Positions 36,563 to 45,715 of a DNA stretch of 64,000 nucleotides are shown here, piece by piece; the first letter of the stretch is position 1, and each line of letters opens with the position of its first letter. The position numbers and the translations under genes are program-made. The notes beneath the pieces are model-generated. The model saw only the letters and a list, made by a program, of their open reading frames with translations, did not search any database and had not been told where the DNA came from. The DNA comes from Ignavibacteria bacterium (lineage in GTDB: Bacteria > Bacteroidota > Ignavibacteria > Tepidaquicellales > Tepidaquicellaceae), in NCBI GenBank assembly GCA_019694675.1, contig JAIBBK010000035.1, positions 77,579-141,578 of the forward strand, in the 5' to 3' direction.

Positions 36563-38725
36563 TCAGTCAAAAAAATCGGGTGAATACTCAAAAACTACTT
36601 TGCCAACACCTGCAGGTATCTTCACACTCTTAAAAGTGCCAAGCTCAATGTTGACAGGAACTTCCGTGCCGTTGACGAATGCCTTCCAGCCCTTGTCCCA
36701 GTTATCAATGAAGATCACCTTGCCCGCGGAAACAGATTCCACATTGATTTCCAGACGGTCACCGGTGTAATTCAGTATCTTGTATTTGTCAGTGGCTTCA
36801 GATCTTCGCGCATTCATATCTTCGAAGAATCCGGACAGACTCTCGTGCGTTCGTTCCGATGTAAAAAAGATCTTCTGTCCGTCATTCAATCCCATGATCT
36901 CACTGAACCTGTCTGCCGATGACATTGAAGTGTCATAATTTGATTCCTCCTCAAATCTCTTCAGGAAATTCTTATATCTCTCAAACGACCATTCGTCAAT
37001 CCCGACGACGGAAAATGAAGGTGTAAGACTCAGCAGGATCTGTTTGTTGTCTCTCGGTGTACTGAATGACTTCATGTTCAGGCTGTCAACGCCGATCATC
37101 CTTCTTTCAGTATCTGAAGGGAGCGGTTTGCTTGCCCATTGCCTGATGCCCGCATTGAACATATCGAGGGAGATCAGAACAAACACAGAAAGCAGAAAGA
37201 ACTTTGCAACTGCATATCTTTTCTTGACAAGAGCAGAAGCAGACAGACAGAACAATAACAATGCTACTGCGACGGCGCCGTAGATCACAAAGCTCATTTC
37301 GTTCATTCCCGGGAGGTATGACTTTGAGTATGCAACTGTGTTCACCTGCAGAGCCTTGTTCTTCATGAAATAAAGTTGCGCCGACAGAGTGAGTCCGTAC
37401 ATAACCAGTATGAACGCTGAAAGTTGTATCAACTTCTTTTTTCTTCCGGTCTCAGGCATCAGGTACATTGATTCAAAGAACAACCGGAGTGATTCAGCAA
37501 GCAGGTAAGCGATCGCCGGCAGGAGAATGAAATTCATGCGGCCAATTATTCGGAGCCGCGAGAATCCGGGAAAGTACTCCCAAAGCAGTCTGAAAAGGTA
37601 TGACTCAGATCCGTAAGTGATATATGACACTGTACCCATCCACAAAAGTATGACGATGACGGTCTTCCCCCTGAGCTTGTTTTCATTGTAGTTGACAAGG
37701 CTGTAGATCACATATGCAGATACGATCAGAAACCCCGCCACGCCGAAGTAATACCAGCCCTCAATGTGCGCGGCAGGAGGGAACACAAGTGAACCGATAG
37801 TATCAGTAAGCGAAAATTTGAAGAAAGTGGAGAACTCAAAATCATCCCCCTTTCTGAACCCGATCTGATCAAAGAGCTGTGTGATCTCACGAATGTACGG
37901 ATAGCATACGGCAAATGCCGAAGCGAGAGCTGTGCCGATGACAAGAGTGTATTTCAGCGTACTTGATTCTCCAAGTCCGAAGTCCGGCCTCTTTCTGCTG
38001 ATCCAAAATACAAACGCCGCGTACGGTATGATCAAAAAGAATGAGTAATAGGCATTGTACGGATATCCTGCAGTCACCATCAGCACGGCAGACACAAAGA
38101 TAACAACTCCTGCTTTGACAGGCCTGGAGGCGTTCAGTGCCAGAGTAATTCCTAATAGTATCCACGGAACCCATGCTACGGTGTGGACTGCATTCGGGAA
38201 TCTCAGTATTTCGATCATTTTGGAGTTGACTGCGATCAGGCAGGCAGAAATGAGAGCAAAAGTGAGTCCGACATGCAGAGACCTGAGCCACATCAAAATT
38301 CCGACTGCAAAAACAGACAAACCGAATACTGTGAAGACCTGATGATCATGATAGGAGTAGCCCGAAAGAACCTTGTATAATAGCGTCAGAGGAATATTAA
38401 AAATGTAAAAGGCCTGAGTGAACGGATTTGAATAGAACGGCATTCCCGCACTCTCTGACGGCGACCACAGCGGAAACTGAAAATTCGAAAGCTTATCAAG
38501 GAGATAGACCTTGCAGTTGTACAGATACCAGAAGTCATTGGCGATCTTAAGTGAATATGACTGTCCCGGTATGACATATCTGTAGCAGTATATGAACGGC
38601 CACAGCGCCGCTGCAATGCAGCTGACAACTGTGCGGATCCGCATACCGGTTATCCGGACTTCATAAGGATCTTCTTTCACTATCCTGCGCTCGGGCATGT
38701 TACGAATATATTTATTAGTACTCAC
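36563..38725 (-). CDS. large polytopic membrane protein, YfhO-like / GT-C-fold glycosyltransferase candidate
   Basis: 720 aa. More than 10 hydrophobic segments over aa 30-520, then a ~200-aa soluble C-terminal domain. FQFPLWSPSESAGMPFYSNPF resembles the PLWNP...G.PF motif I associate with YfhO-type proteins. GTG start at 38725, with an alternative ATG at 38698. Confidence 0.5.
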   Translation of the reverse strand: MSTNKYIRNMPERRIVKEDPYEVRITGMRIRTVVSCIAAALWPFIYCYRYVIPGQSYSLKIANDFWYLYNCKVYLLDKLSNFQFPLWSPSESAGMPFYSNPFTQAFYIFNIPLTLLYKVLSGYSYHDHQVFTVFGLSVFAVGILMWLRSLHVGLTFALISACLIAVNSKMIEILRFPNAVHTVAWVPWILLGITLALNASRPVKAGVVIFVSAVLMVTAGYPYNAYYSFFLIIPYAAFVFWISRKRPDFGLGESSTLKYTLVIGTALASAFAVCYPYIREITQLFDQIGFRKGDDFEFSTFFKFSLTDTIGSLVFPPAAHIEGWYYFGVAGFLIVSAYVIYSLVNYNENKLRGKTVIVILLWMGTVSYITYGSESYLFRLLWEYFPGFSRLRIIGRMNFILLPAIAYLLAESLRLFFESMYLMPETGRKKKLIQLSAFILVMYGLTLSAQLYFMKNKALQVNTVAYSKSYLPGMNEMSFVIYGAVAVALLLFCLSASALVKKRYAVAKFFLLSVFVLISLDMFNAGIRQWASKPLPSDTERRMIGVDSLNMKSFSTPRDNKQILLSLTPSFSVVGIDEWSFERYKNFLKRFEEESNYDTSMSSADRFSEIMGLNDGQKIFFTSERTHESLSGFFEDMNARRSEATDKYKILNYTGDRLEINVESVSAGKVIFIDNWDKGWKAFVNGTEVPVNIELGTFKSVKIPAGVGKVVFEYSPDFFD

Positions 38726-38922
38726 CTATTAAACTCCTTAATTGTAATCACACAGGATTTCCGGAGAGAATGCGGATGCCTTCTGCTTTCAATGAGGTCA
38801 GGATTGTCTTTTGCATATCACAGTATAATTCATTACGGCTGACCTCTGAATATCCAATCCCTGATTTCGGGGGCAATTCGGAGGGTTTAGTAAATTGAAT
38901 AAGCGCCTTGTTTTAAATATCT

Positions 38923-40095
38923 TTGCCGGTGCAAATCTTAGCATTGATCTTCATGGCCGCGCTGGGGTGGTTTCCTTCGAAAGGCGGCGCCGCCGACTTC
39001 ACCGCTGTTGACAATATTATTTCAGAAGGTATTGGAAAAGGTGCGTTTCCAGGAGCACAGATGATCGTAGGAACTGATGAAGGTATCTTGTTTGAAAGAT
39101 ATTTCGGGAATTACACATACGACGAGTTCTCTCCTGCGGTGCACGAAGAGAGTGTCTATGACCTGGCCTCTGTAACCAAGACTGTCGCAACAACGACTGC
39201 GGTGATGAAGCTCTTCGATTCCGGCTTGCTGGACCTCAATGCTCCGGTCAGCAAATACCTGCCGGAGTTCGGCGTTAACGGAAAATCTGAGATCACAGTA
39301 CTTAATCTGCTCCTTCACAATTCCGGACTTGAGGCATTTGTTCCTTTTTACACCATGTACAGTACTCGCGGCGAGGTGATATCCCACATAAACAATTCGG
39401 GATTAAGTTATGCCGCGGGAAGCAAAACCGTTTACAGCGATCTTAACGCAATACTGCTCGGAGAAATAATTGAGACAGTTTCAGGTATCCCGCTTGATGA
39501 GTATTGTTCTGTCAACATATTTGTTCCGCTGGGAATGAGGAACAGTTGTTTCAGGCCTCAGGGTAATATGCTGAATGAGGCGGTGCCTACGGAACAGGAT
39601 AATTACTGGAGAATGAAACTTCTCAAAGGAGAAGTACATGACGAGGCCGCGTATCTGATGGGAGGGGTTTCGGGAAATGCCGGACTTTTCTCGAATGCAA
39701 AGGACTTGTATAGATTCATGAAGGCAATGCTGAATGAAGGCAGTTACTATGACTTCAGCATACCCGGAGACAGGCAGATCTCCGCAAAAGAAACCGTGCT
39801 GTATTTTACTAAGAGGTTCGAGGGCCTTCCCTATTACAACACAAGGGCTCTCGGCTGGGAAACAAAACCGGAGAGGGTATCTTCGAACAGGATACCCTGC
39901 GGCGAAGAGATCTCTGAAGATTGCTTCGGACACACGGGTTACACGGGCACAAGCGTTTGGTGCGACAGGGAGCGCGGCCTGATCATAATTTTGCTTACGA
40001 ACAGAGTTTATCCGACAAGAAACAACAATCTCATCCGCGAGATAAGGCCGGAAGTGCATAATGCGGCGGTGAGAGCATTTGACAACAGAAACTGA
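38923..40095 (+). CDS. serine hydrolase, beta-lactamase/PBP-like (class C-type fold)
   Basis: 390 aa. SxxK motif LASVTKTVATT, YSDLN and FGHTGYTGTS. The TTG start yields a hydrophobic N-terminal signal-like segment. Confidence 0.75.
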   Translation: MPVQILALIFMAALGWFPSKGGAADFTAVDNIISEGIGKGAFPGAQMIVGTDEGILFERYFGNYTYDEFSPAVHEESVYDLASVTKTVATTTAVMKLFDSGLLDLNAPVSKYLPEFGVNGKSEITVLNLLLHNSGLEAFVPFYTMYSTRGEVISHINNSGLSYAAGSKTVYSDLNAILLGEIIETVSGIPLDEYCSVNIFVPLGMRNSCFRPQGNMLNEAVPTEQDNYWRMKLLKGEVHDEAAYLMGGVSGNAGLFSNAKDLYRFMKAMLNEGSYYDFSIPGDRQISAKETVLYFTKRFEGLPYYNTRALGWETKPERVSSNRIPCGEEISEDCFGHTGYTGTSVWCDRERGLIIILLTNRVYPTRNNNLIREIRPEVHNAAVRAFDNRN

Positions 40096-40117
40096 AATAA
40101 CATAAACAAACACGACA

Positions 40118-41677
40118 ATGAAATTACCTAAGTTCTCGAATGAGCCGTTTACTGATTTCACCAAGAAAAAGAACCGAACGGATTTCGAAAAGGCCCTGAA
40201 GAAGATCGAATCGAGATTCAGAAACGAATATCCGATAACCATTGGCGGGCAGAAGTTCTATACAGACACAAAACTCTACTCGTACAATCCTTCAAAAAAG
40301 GACATGAAGCTCGGAGTGTTTCAGAGAGCAACTGCCGAGATGGCTATGCAGGCAATAGATATTGCGAACAACACATTCAGCAACTGGAAGAACGTCCCTG
40401 TGAAGACAAGGGCAAAATATCTTCTGGATGCGGCAAAGAGAATGAGGAAGAGAAAGCATGAATTCTCAGCAATGATGGTATATGAAGTAGGTAAGAACTG
40501 GGCCGAGGCAGACGGCGACACTGCCGAAGCAATTGATTTCATGGAATTTTACGCAAGGGAAGCTCTCAGATATGACGAAGGCCATCCGCTTGTGAAATAT
40601 CCGGGCGAGAAGAACAAACTGGAATACATACCGCTTGGAGTCGGAGTTGTGATCCCGCCGTGGAACTTCCCTCTTGCAATACTTGTGGGAATGACGACAG
40701 CATCAATTGTTACCGGCAATACAGTTGTGCTCAAGCCGTCAAGTGATTCCCCTGCCATTGCGCAGATGTTCTTTGAACTGATGGAAGAAGTAGGCCTTCC
40801 TCCGGGAGTGCTCAATTTTGTCCCGGGAGACGGAAGCACGATAGGCGATCTTATCGTAACTCATCCGAAAACAAGGTTTATTGCATTCACGGGTTCCATG
40901 GAAGTTGGGCTCAGGGTGAATGAACTTGCCGCGAAGAAACAGCCGGGGCAGATTTGGATCAAGCGCGTTGTGGCAGAAATGGGAGGCAAGGACGCGATCA
41001 TAGTAGATTCCGAACTGATTGACTTCAGTGATACGGTAAAGGGTGTTGTGTCTTCCGCATTCGGCTTTCAGGGACAGAAGTGCTCAGCATGTTCAAGGGT
41101 CATAGTTGATGAAAAGATCTACGATAAATTCTGTGATGCTTTGGTGGAAGAAACCAGGAAGCTGAAAGTCGGTGACGCCGCCGAGAATCCGAATCTTGGG
41201 CCCGTGATAAATGAAAAGTCCAAGAACAGTATCATCGGGTATATAAAGAAAGGCATAGATGAAGGCGGGAAGCTTATACACGGAGGCAATGAAGTGAGCG
41301 AAGTCGGCCACTTCATTGAGCCTACAATAATCAGGGATGTTGAACCGGATGCAACCATCGCGCAGGAAGAAATATTCGGTCCCGTGCTTGCAGTGATCAA
41401 ATCAAAGAACTTTGACCATGCACTTGAAATAGCCAACGGAACTATCTACGGGCTTACGGGTGCCATCTATACAAAGAACAAGAAGAAGCTTGAGAAAGGC
41501 GAGAAGAACTTCTTTGTCGGTAACCTTTATCTGAACAGAAAATGCACCGGTGCGCTTGTTGGAGTTCATCCATTCGGCGGCTTTAACATGAGCGGCACTG
41601 ATTCAAAAGCAGGCGGCAGGGATTACCTCGGATTGTTCATGCAGGCAAAGTCGGTTGCAGAAAAAATCAAAAAATGA
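40118..41677 (+). CDS. pruA: L-glutamate gamma-semialdehyde (1-pyrroline-5-carboxylate) dehydrogenase
   Basis: 519 aa. SNEPFTDFTKKKNR, AEMGGKDAIIVD, catalytic Cys in FQGQKCSACSR, and HPFGGFNMSGTDSKAGG. Closely parallels Bacillus RocA as I recall it. Confidence 0.88.
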   Translation: MKLPKFSNEPFTDFTKKKNRTDFEKALKKIESRFRNEYPITIGGQKFYTDTKLYSYNPSKKDMKLGVFQRATAEMAMQAIDIANNTFSNWKNVPVKTRAKYLLDAAKRMRKRKHEFSAMMVYEVGKNWAEADGDTAEAIDFMEFYAREALRYDEGHPLVKYPGEKNKLEYIPLGVGVVIPPWNFPLAILVGMTTASIVTGNTVVLKPSSDSPAIAQMFFELMEEVGLPPGVLNFVPGDGSTIGDLIVTHPKTRFIAFTGSMEVGLRVNELAAKKQPGQIWIKRVVAEMGGKDAIIVDSELIDFSDTVKGVVSSAFGFQGQKCSACSRVIVDEKIYDKFCDALVEETRKLKVGDAAENPNLGPVINEKSKNSIIGYIKKGIDEGGKLIHGGNEVSEVGHFIEPTIIRDVEPDATIAQEEIFGPVLAVIKSKNFDHALEIANGTIYGLTGAIYTKNKKKLEKGEKNFFVGNLYLNRKCTGALVGVHPFGGFNMSGTDSKAGGRDYLGLFMQAKSVAEKIKK

Positions 41678-41979
41678 TCATGAAAAAAGCATTGGTATTG
41701 CTGACAGCCCTGGCATTTGCAGCAGGCTGCGGAAAGATTGAAGAGAGAGTCAATGAGAAGATCAACGAGCAGGTTGACAAGACCGTTGACGAAAGCATAA
41801 AGAAACTCGAGAAAGAACTCGAGCAATCATCAAAGATGCTTGACTCGATGAAGACCAAGTCAATTGAGTCGCTCGACTCCGTCAAGTACCAGCTTGATTC
41901 GGCGAATCTGAAAGTGAAGGAACTGATCGAACAGCAGAAAATCAGAATTGAACAAAAAACAAAGGAACTAGGAAAATGA
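41674..41979 (+). CDS. small coiled-coil lipoprotein, unknown function
   Basis: 101 aa. Lipobox MKKALVLLTALAFAAGCGK followed by a K/E-rich helical sequence. ATGA overlaps at both ends (pruA stop and sucC start). Confidence 0.55.
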   Translation: MIMKKALVLLTALAFAAGCGKIEERVNEKINEQVDKTVDESIKKLEKELEQSSKMLDSMKTKSIESLDSVKYQLDSANLKVKELIEQQKIRIEQKTKELGK

Positions 41980-43193
41980 AAATACATGAGTATCAGGCGA
42001 AAACATTGCTGAAGAAATACGGTGTGCCGGTTCAGGACGGCCATGCTATACAGGAAATGCTTTACTTTGATTCCGCCGTAGATGACCTGAAAACGAAAGG
42101 ATACAAGCAGTTCGTCGTCAAGTCGCAGATACATGCAGGCGGCCGCGGTAAGGGAAAGGTGTATTCGAAACAAAACCGCGAGGAGCTTGTGCTTGAGAAC
42201 GGTGTGAAATTCTTCGGTGACAATGTGGAGAAAGCAAAGGACTACGCCGGCAAATTGCTGGGTAACATTCTTGTGACGCATCAGACCGGCCCGGAAGGAA
42301 AAGAAGTAAGGACTATCTTTATCGCCGAGGGTCTTGACTATACAAAAGAATTCTATCTCGGAATTCTTCTCGACAGAAGCGTTTCGAAGAACGTCATCAT
42401 GGCATCAACCGGGGGCGGAGTTGAGATTGAGAAAGTGGCCGAGGAAACACCGGAGAAGATCATAAAGGTATGGATCGACCCTTCAGTCGGCTTCCTTCCC
42501 TATCAGGCCAGGGAGCTTGCATTCGGGCTCGGACTGGAGGGCGACTTGCAGAAGGACTTCATAAAATTCATTACCAACCTTTACAGGGCTTATGAAGACA
42601 TGGATGCATCGCTTCTTGAAGTGAATCCTCTTGTGATCACAAACGACAACAAGGTGGTTGCTCTCGATGCAAAAGTGACTCTCGACGATAACGCGATGTA
42701 CAGGCACAAGGATTATGCGGAACTGAGAGATGAGAATGAGGAAGACGAACTGGAACTTGAAGCATCGAAGCACAATCTGAACTATATCAAGCTCGACGGC
42801 AATGTCGGATGCATGGTGAACGGGGCCGGGCTTGCAATGGGAACGATGGACCTGATAAAGCTCGCAGGAGGCTCGCCTGCCAACTTCCTTGACGTTGGCG
42901 GTACGGCAACTCCTGAGACAGTTGAGAACGGTTTCAGGATCATACTCACCGACAAGAATGTGAAAGCAATTCTCATCAACATATTCGGCGGCATTGTAAG
43001 ATGCGACCGCGTTGCGGCAGGCGTGATCCAGGCGGCAAACAACATTCACATCGGTGTTCCTGTTGTAGTGAGACTGCAGGGTACAAATGCTGAAGAGGCA
43101 AAAAAACTTCTCGACGAATCGGGCCTGAATCTCATCCCTGCAACCACGCTCGAGGAAGCCGCCTTGAAAGTAAATGAAGCATTAGCATCATAA
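41976..43193 (+). CDS. sucC: succinate--CoA ligase (ADP-forming) beta subunit
   Basis: 405 aa. [19 protein letters not shown] and [11 protein letters not shown]. No sucD follows. Confidence 0.9.
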   Translation: MKIHEYQAKTLLKKYGVPVQDGHAIQEMLYFDSAVDDLKTKGYKQFVVKSQIHAGGRGKGKVYSKQNREELVLENGVKFFGDNVEKAKDYAGKLLGNILVTHQTGPEGKEVRTIFIAEGLDYTKEFYLGILLDRSVSKNVIMASTGGGVEIEKVAEETPEKIIKVWIDPSVGFLPYQARELAFGLGLEGDLQKDFIKFITNLYRAYEDMDASLLEVNPLVITNDNKVVALDAKVTLDDNAMYRHKDYAELRDENEEDELELEASKHNLNYIKLDGNVGCMVNGAGLAMGTMDLIKLAGGSPANFLDVGGTATPETVENGFRIILTDKNVKAILINIFGGIVRCDRVAAGVIQAANNIHIGVPVVVRLQGTNAEEAKKLLDESGLNLIPATTLEEAALKVNEALAS

Positions 43194-43196
43194 CTC

Positions 43197-44264
43197 ATGG
43201 CAACTGAAGAACTTCTGAAAAGTCTCGGCAGCTACAATCAGCTGTTTGACGATCACCATTCCTGCACTTACGACGACATCTCGCTCGTGCCGAATCAGAT
43301 CTCGGAGATCGAACACAGGGCTGAATGCGACACATCAACCGAATTCCTCGGGGTGAAACTATCTGTGCCGATCATTGCATCACCCATGAATACCGTGTGC
43401 GGAGGCAAAATGGCAAAGGCGCTCGCTGACCTTCACTGCCTCGGTATAGTGCACAGATTCAATTCTGCCGAAAGCCAGGTGTACGAACTTCAAATGTTCC
43501 ATCTCGGCGAATCAAAATACAAGGCCGCCGCGGTAGGCGTTAATGTTGAGACTGAACCGCGAAGGCTGAAACAGCTGGCTGACAATGGTGTGAACATAAT
43601 CTGCCTCGATACTGCAAACGGCGGTTCGAGAATGATCGAAAAATTCATGGACAGGATCAGCTCAATGATAAGCGAATACGGACTGAAGATGATACTTGGG
43701 AATGTTGCAAGTTATGAAACGACAAGATTCCTGATTGACCTCGGCGCAGATGCAATAAGGGTAGGAATAGGTTCCGGTGCAATGTGTTCAACTTCCATAA
43801 AGTCAGGCATTGGCATAGGGCAGGTGGATGCGATACAGCGCGCAATTGCCGCGAGGAAGGATTCAGGAAAGTATGTGAAGATAATTGCAGACGGAGGCAT
43901 TTCCACTCCCGGGGCGATGTGCAAGGCGATAGCCCTCGGATGCGACGCGGTAATGTTCGGAAGAGTGCTCGCAGGCACGGATGAAGCTCCCGGCGAAGTG
44001 CTGAAGTACAACAATCAAAGATGGAAGAAGTACTGCGGAAGCGCTTCATTTGCCGTGAAGCAGGAGAACAAGAACTACATTGAGGGAGAAGAGTCTCTCG
44101 TTCCCTACAAGGGTTCTGTTACAAAGATCATCACAGATTACAGAGAGGGCCTTCAGTCATCAATGAGTTATCTGAATGCAAGGGACCTTTCAACATATCA
44201 GGCGAATGCGAAGTTTGTGAGGCTTTCTTCAAGCTCATTCAACGAGAGACTCCCGCAACTCTGA
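43197..44264 (+). CDS. IMPDH/GMP reductase-family TIM-barrel enzyme without a CBS insert (GMP reductase-like)
   Basis: 355 aa. Catalytic-loop VGIGSGAMCSTS and IIADGGISTPG. Confidence 0.6.
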   Translation: MATEELLKSLGSYNQLFDDHHSCTYDDISLVPNQISEIEHRAECDTSTEFLGVKLSVPIIASPMNTVCGGKMAKALADLHCLGIVHRFNSAESQVYELQMFHLGESKYKAAAVGVNVETEPRRLKQLADNGVNIICLDTANGGSRMIEKFMDRISSMISEYGLKMILGNVASYETTRFLIDLGADAIRVGIGSGAMCSTSIKSGIGIGQVDAIQRAIAARKDSGKYVKIIADGGISTPGAMCKAIALGCDAVMFGRVLAGTDEAPGEVLKYNNQRWKKYCGSASFAVKQENKNYIEGEESLVPYKGSVTKIITDYREGLQSSMSYLNARDLSTYQANAKFVRLSSSSFNERLPQL

Positions 44265-44275
44265 CGCATGACTGA

Positions 44276-45715
44276 ATGCTGAAGATCTACTGGTTCAGAA
44301 AGGACCTCAGAACAGAAGACAACACGGCTTTGTCAGAGTTTTGCAGATCTGCAAAACAGAAAGACAAGGTTTCGTTCATTTACATAAAGAACACAAACTC
44401 ATTCAGCTACTTTGGTGAGAAAAGAATCCGGTTCCTTTTTCAGTGCCTTTCGTCACTGAATGAATCACTTAAGGCAAACGGATTTTCATTGCAGGTATTC
44501 CACGGCAAAAGCAGTGATGCAATAGGCGATATCTTGTCAAAGCACGGACCCGCTGAGATATGGTTCAACAGGCAGGTGGAGCCGTACTGCATTGCGAGGG
44601 ACAACTCAGTCAGGGAATTGGCTGAGCAGAGGGACTGTAAGGTCTTTGAGTTCGATGACACTACAATGATTCCTCCCGGGGAAGTCGTAAATCTTCAGAA
44701 CGAGCAGTACAAGGTCTATACTCCGTTCAGGAATCAGCTTATGAAGCAGATCTGCCCTGCAGACTATGAAGCAAGAAGAGTCAGATTCCCTGAAGCGGGT
44801 GAAGCACTGATCGGCTCAGAGTTTTTTGAAGGGGAAAGGATCCGGGAGAAGGATCTGCCTTTCAGAGGAGGCAGGAAAGAAGCACTTTCATTGCTGAAGA
44901 ACTTCTACGGTTCCGGGCTTTCGAAATACAGGTCAATGCGGGATTTTCCCGGCATCAAAGGCACGAGCCGGCTGTCGCCGCACCTGCACTTCGGCACGAT
45001 AAGCATCAGGGAAGCATACAGGTCGGCGCTGAAGAAGCAGGAAGAATGCAGCAGCGAAGAGGAGCTCAATGAAGTGAAGACGTGGGTGAATGAACTGATA
45101 TGGAGAGAATTCTACTATCATGTTACGTACTTCAATCCTCAGCTGACATATAAGTCGTTCAAAGAGGAGTTTGACAATGTACAGTGGAATTATGATGAAG
45201 AGAAGTTGACGAGGTGGAAGGAAGGTCGCACTGGATTCCCGATTGTTGACGCCGGGATGCGTCAGCTTGCAGCGGAGGGCTGGATGCATAACAGGGTGCG
45301 GATGATCACGGCAATGTTTCTGACAAAGGACCTGCTTATTGACTGGCGGCTTGGAGAGGAGCACTTTGCAGAACATCTCATAGACCTTGATTTTTCAAGC
45401 AACAACGGAGGATGGCAATGGAGCGCTTCGACCGGTGTGGATGCGCAGCCGTACTTCAGGATCTTCAACCCATATCTTCAGAGTAAGAAATTTGACTCTG
45501 ACGGAAGTTACATCAGACAGTATGTCCCCGAACTAAGGCAGGTGCCCGGCGAATACATACATGAACCGCACCTCATGAACGAAGATTTGCAGATCAGCTG
45601 TAATGTCAGGATCGGAGTTGACTATCCCCCTCCGATCGTTGATCATATGAAGGCAAAGGAAGAGGCTGTCAGAAGATTCAGCTTGGCTGCCGGCAAAACA
45701 TTGAACATAAAGTGA
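44276..45715 (+). CDS. phr: deoxyribodipyrimidine photo-lyase / cryptochrome family
   Basis: 479 aa. TGFPIVDAGMRQL, GWMHNRVRMI and SNNGGWQWSASTG. Confidence 0.88.
   Translation: MLKIYWFRKDLRTEDNTALSEFCRSAKQKDKVSFIYIKNTNSFSYFGEKRIRFLFQCLSSLNESLKANGFSLQVFHGKSSDAIGDILSKHGPAEIWFNRQVEPYCIARDNSVRELAEQRDCKVFEFDDTTMIPPGEVVNLQNEQYKVYTPFRNQLMKQICPADYEARRVRFPEAGEALIGSEFFEGERIREKDLPFRGGRKEALSLLKNFYGSGLSKYRSMRDFPGIKGTSRLSPHLHFGTISIREAYRSALKKQEECSSEEELNEVKTWVNELIWREFYYHVTYFNPQLTYKSFKEEFDNVQWNYDEEKLTRWKEGRTGFPIVDAGMRQLAAEGWMHNRVRMITAMFLTKDLLIDWRLGEEHFAEHLIDLDFSSNNGGWQWSASTGVDAQPYFRIFNPYLQSKKFDSDGSYIRQYVPELRQVPGEYIHEPHLMNEDLQISCNVRIGVDYPPPIVDHMKAKEEAVRRFSLAAGKTLNIK

Noticed and set aside
38794-38846. 8-bp inverted repeat GAGGTCAG ... 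CTGACCTC with a 37-nt loop in the divergent YfhO-like / beta-lactamase-like promoter region
   Set aside because: A single short repeat with a long loop in a promoter region, with no second copy or associated regulator. It is within chance expectation for a 197-nt spacer.
39481-40242. 253-aa minus-strand ORF
   Set aside because: It spans the 3' end of the beta-lactamase-like gene, the spacer and the 5' end of pruA, all of which have strong plus-strand motifs. Its sequence is Arg/Ser/Phe-rich nonsense typical of antisense frames.
41667-43049. Minus-strand ORFs 41667..42281 (204 aa) and 42483..43049 (188 aa)
   Set aside because: Both are antisense to the lipoprotein gene and sucC. sucC is unmistakable ([16 protein letters not shown]). 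They are shadow ORFs.
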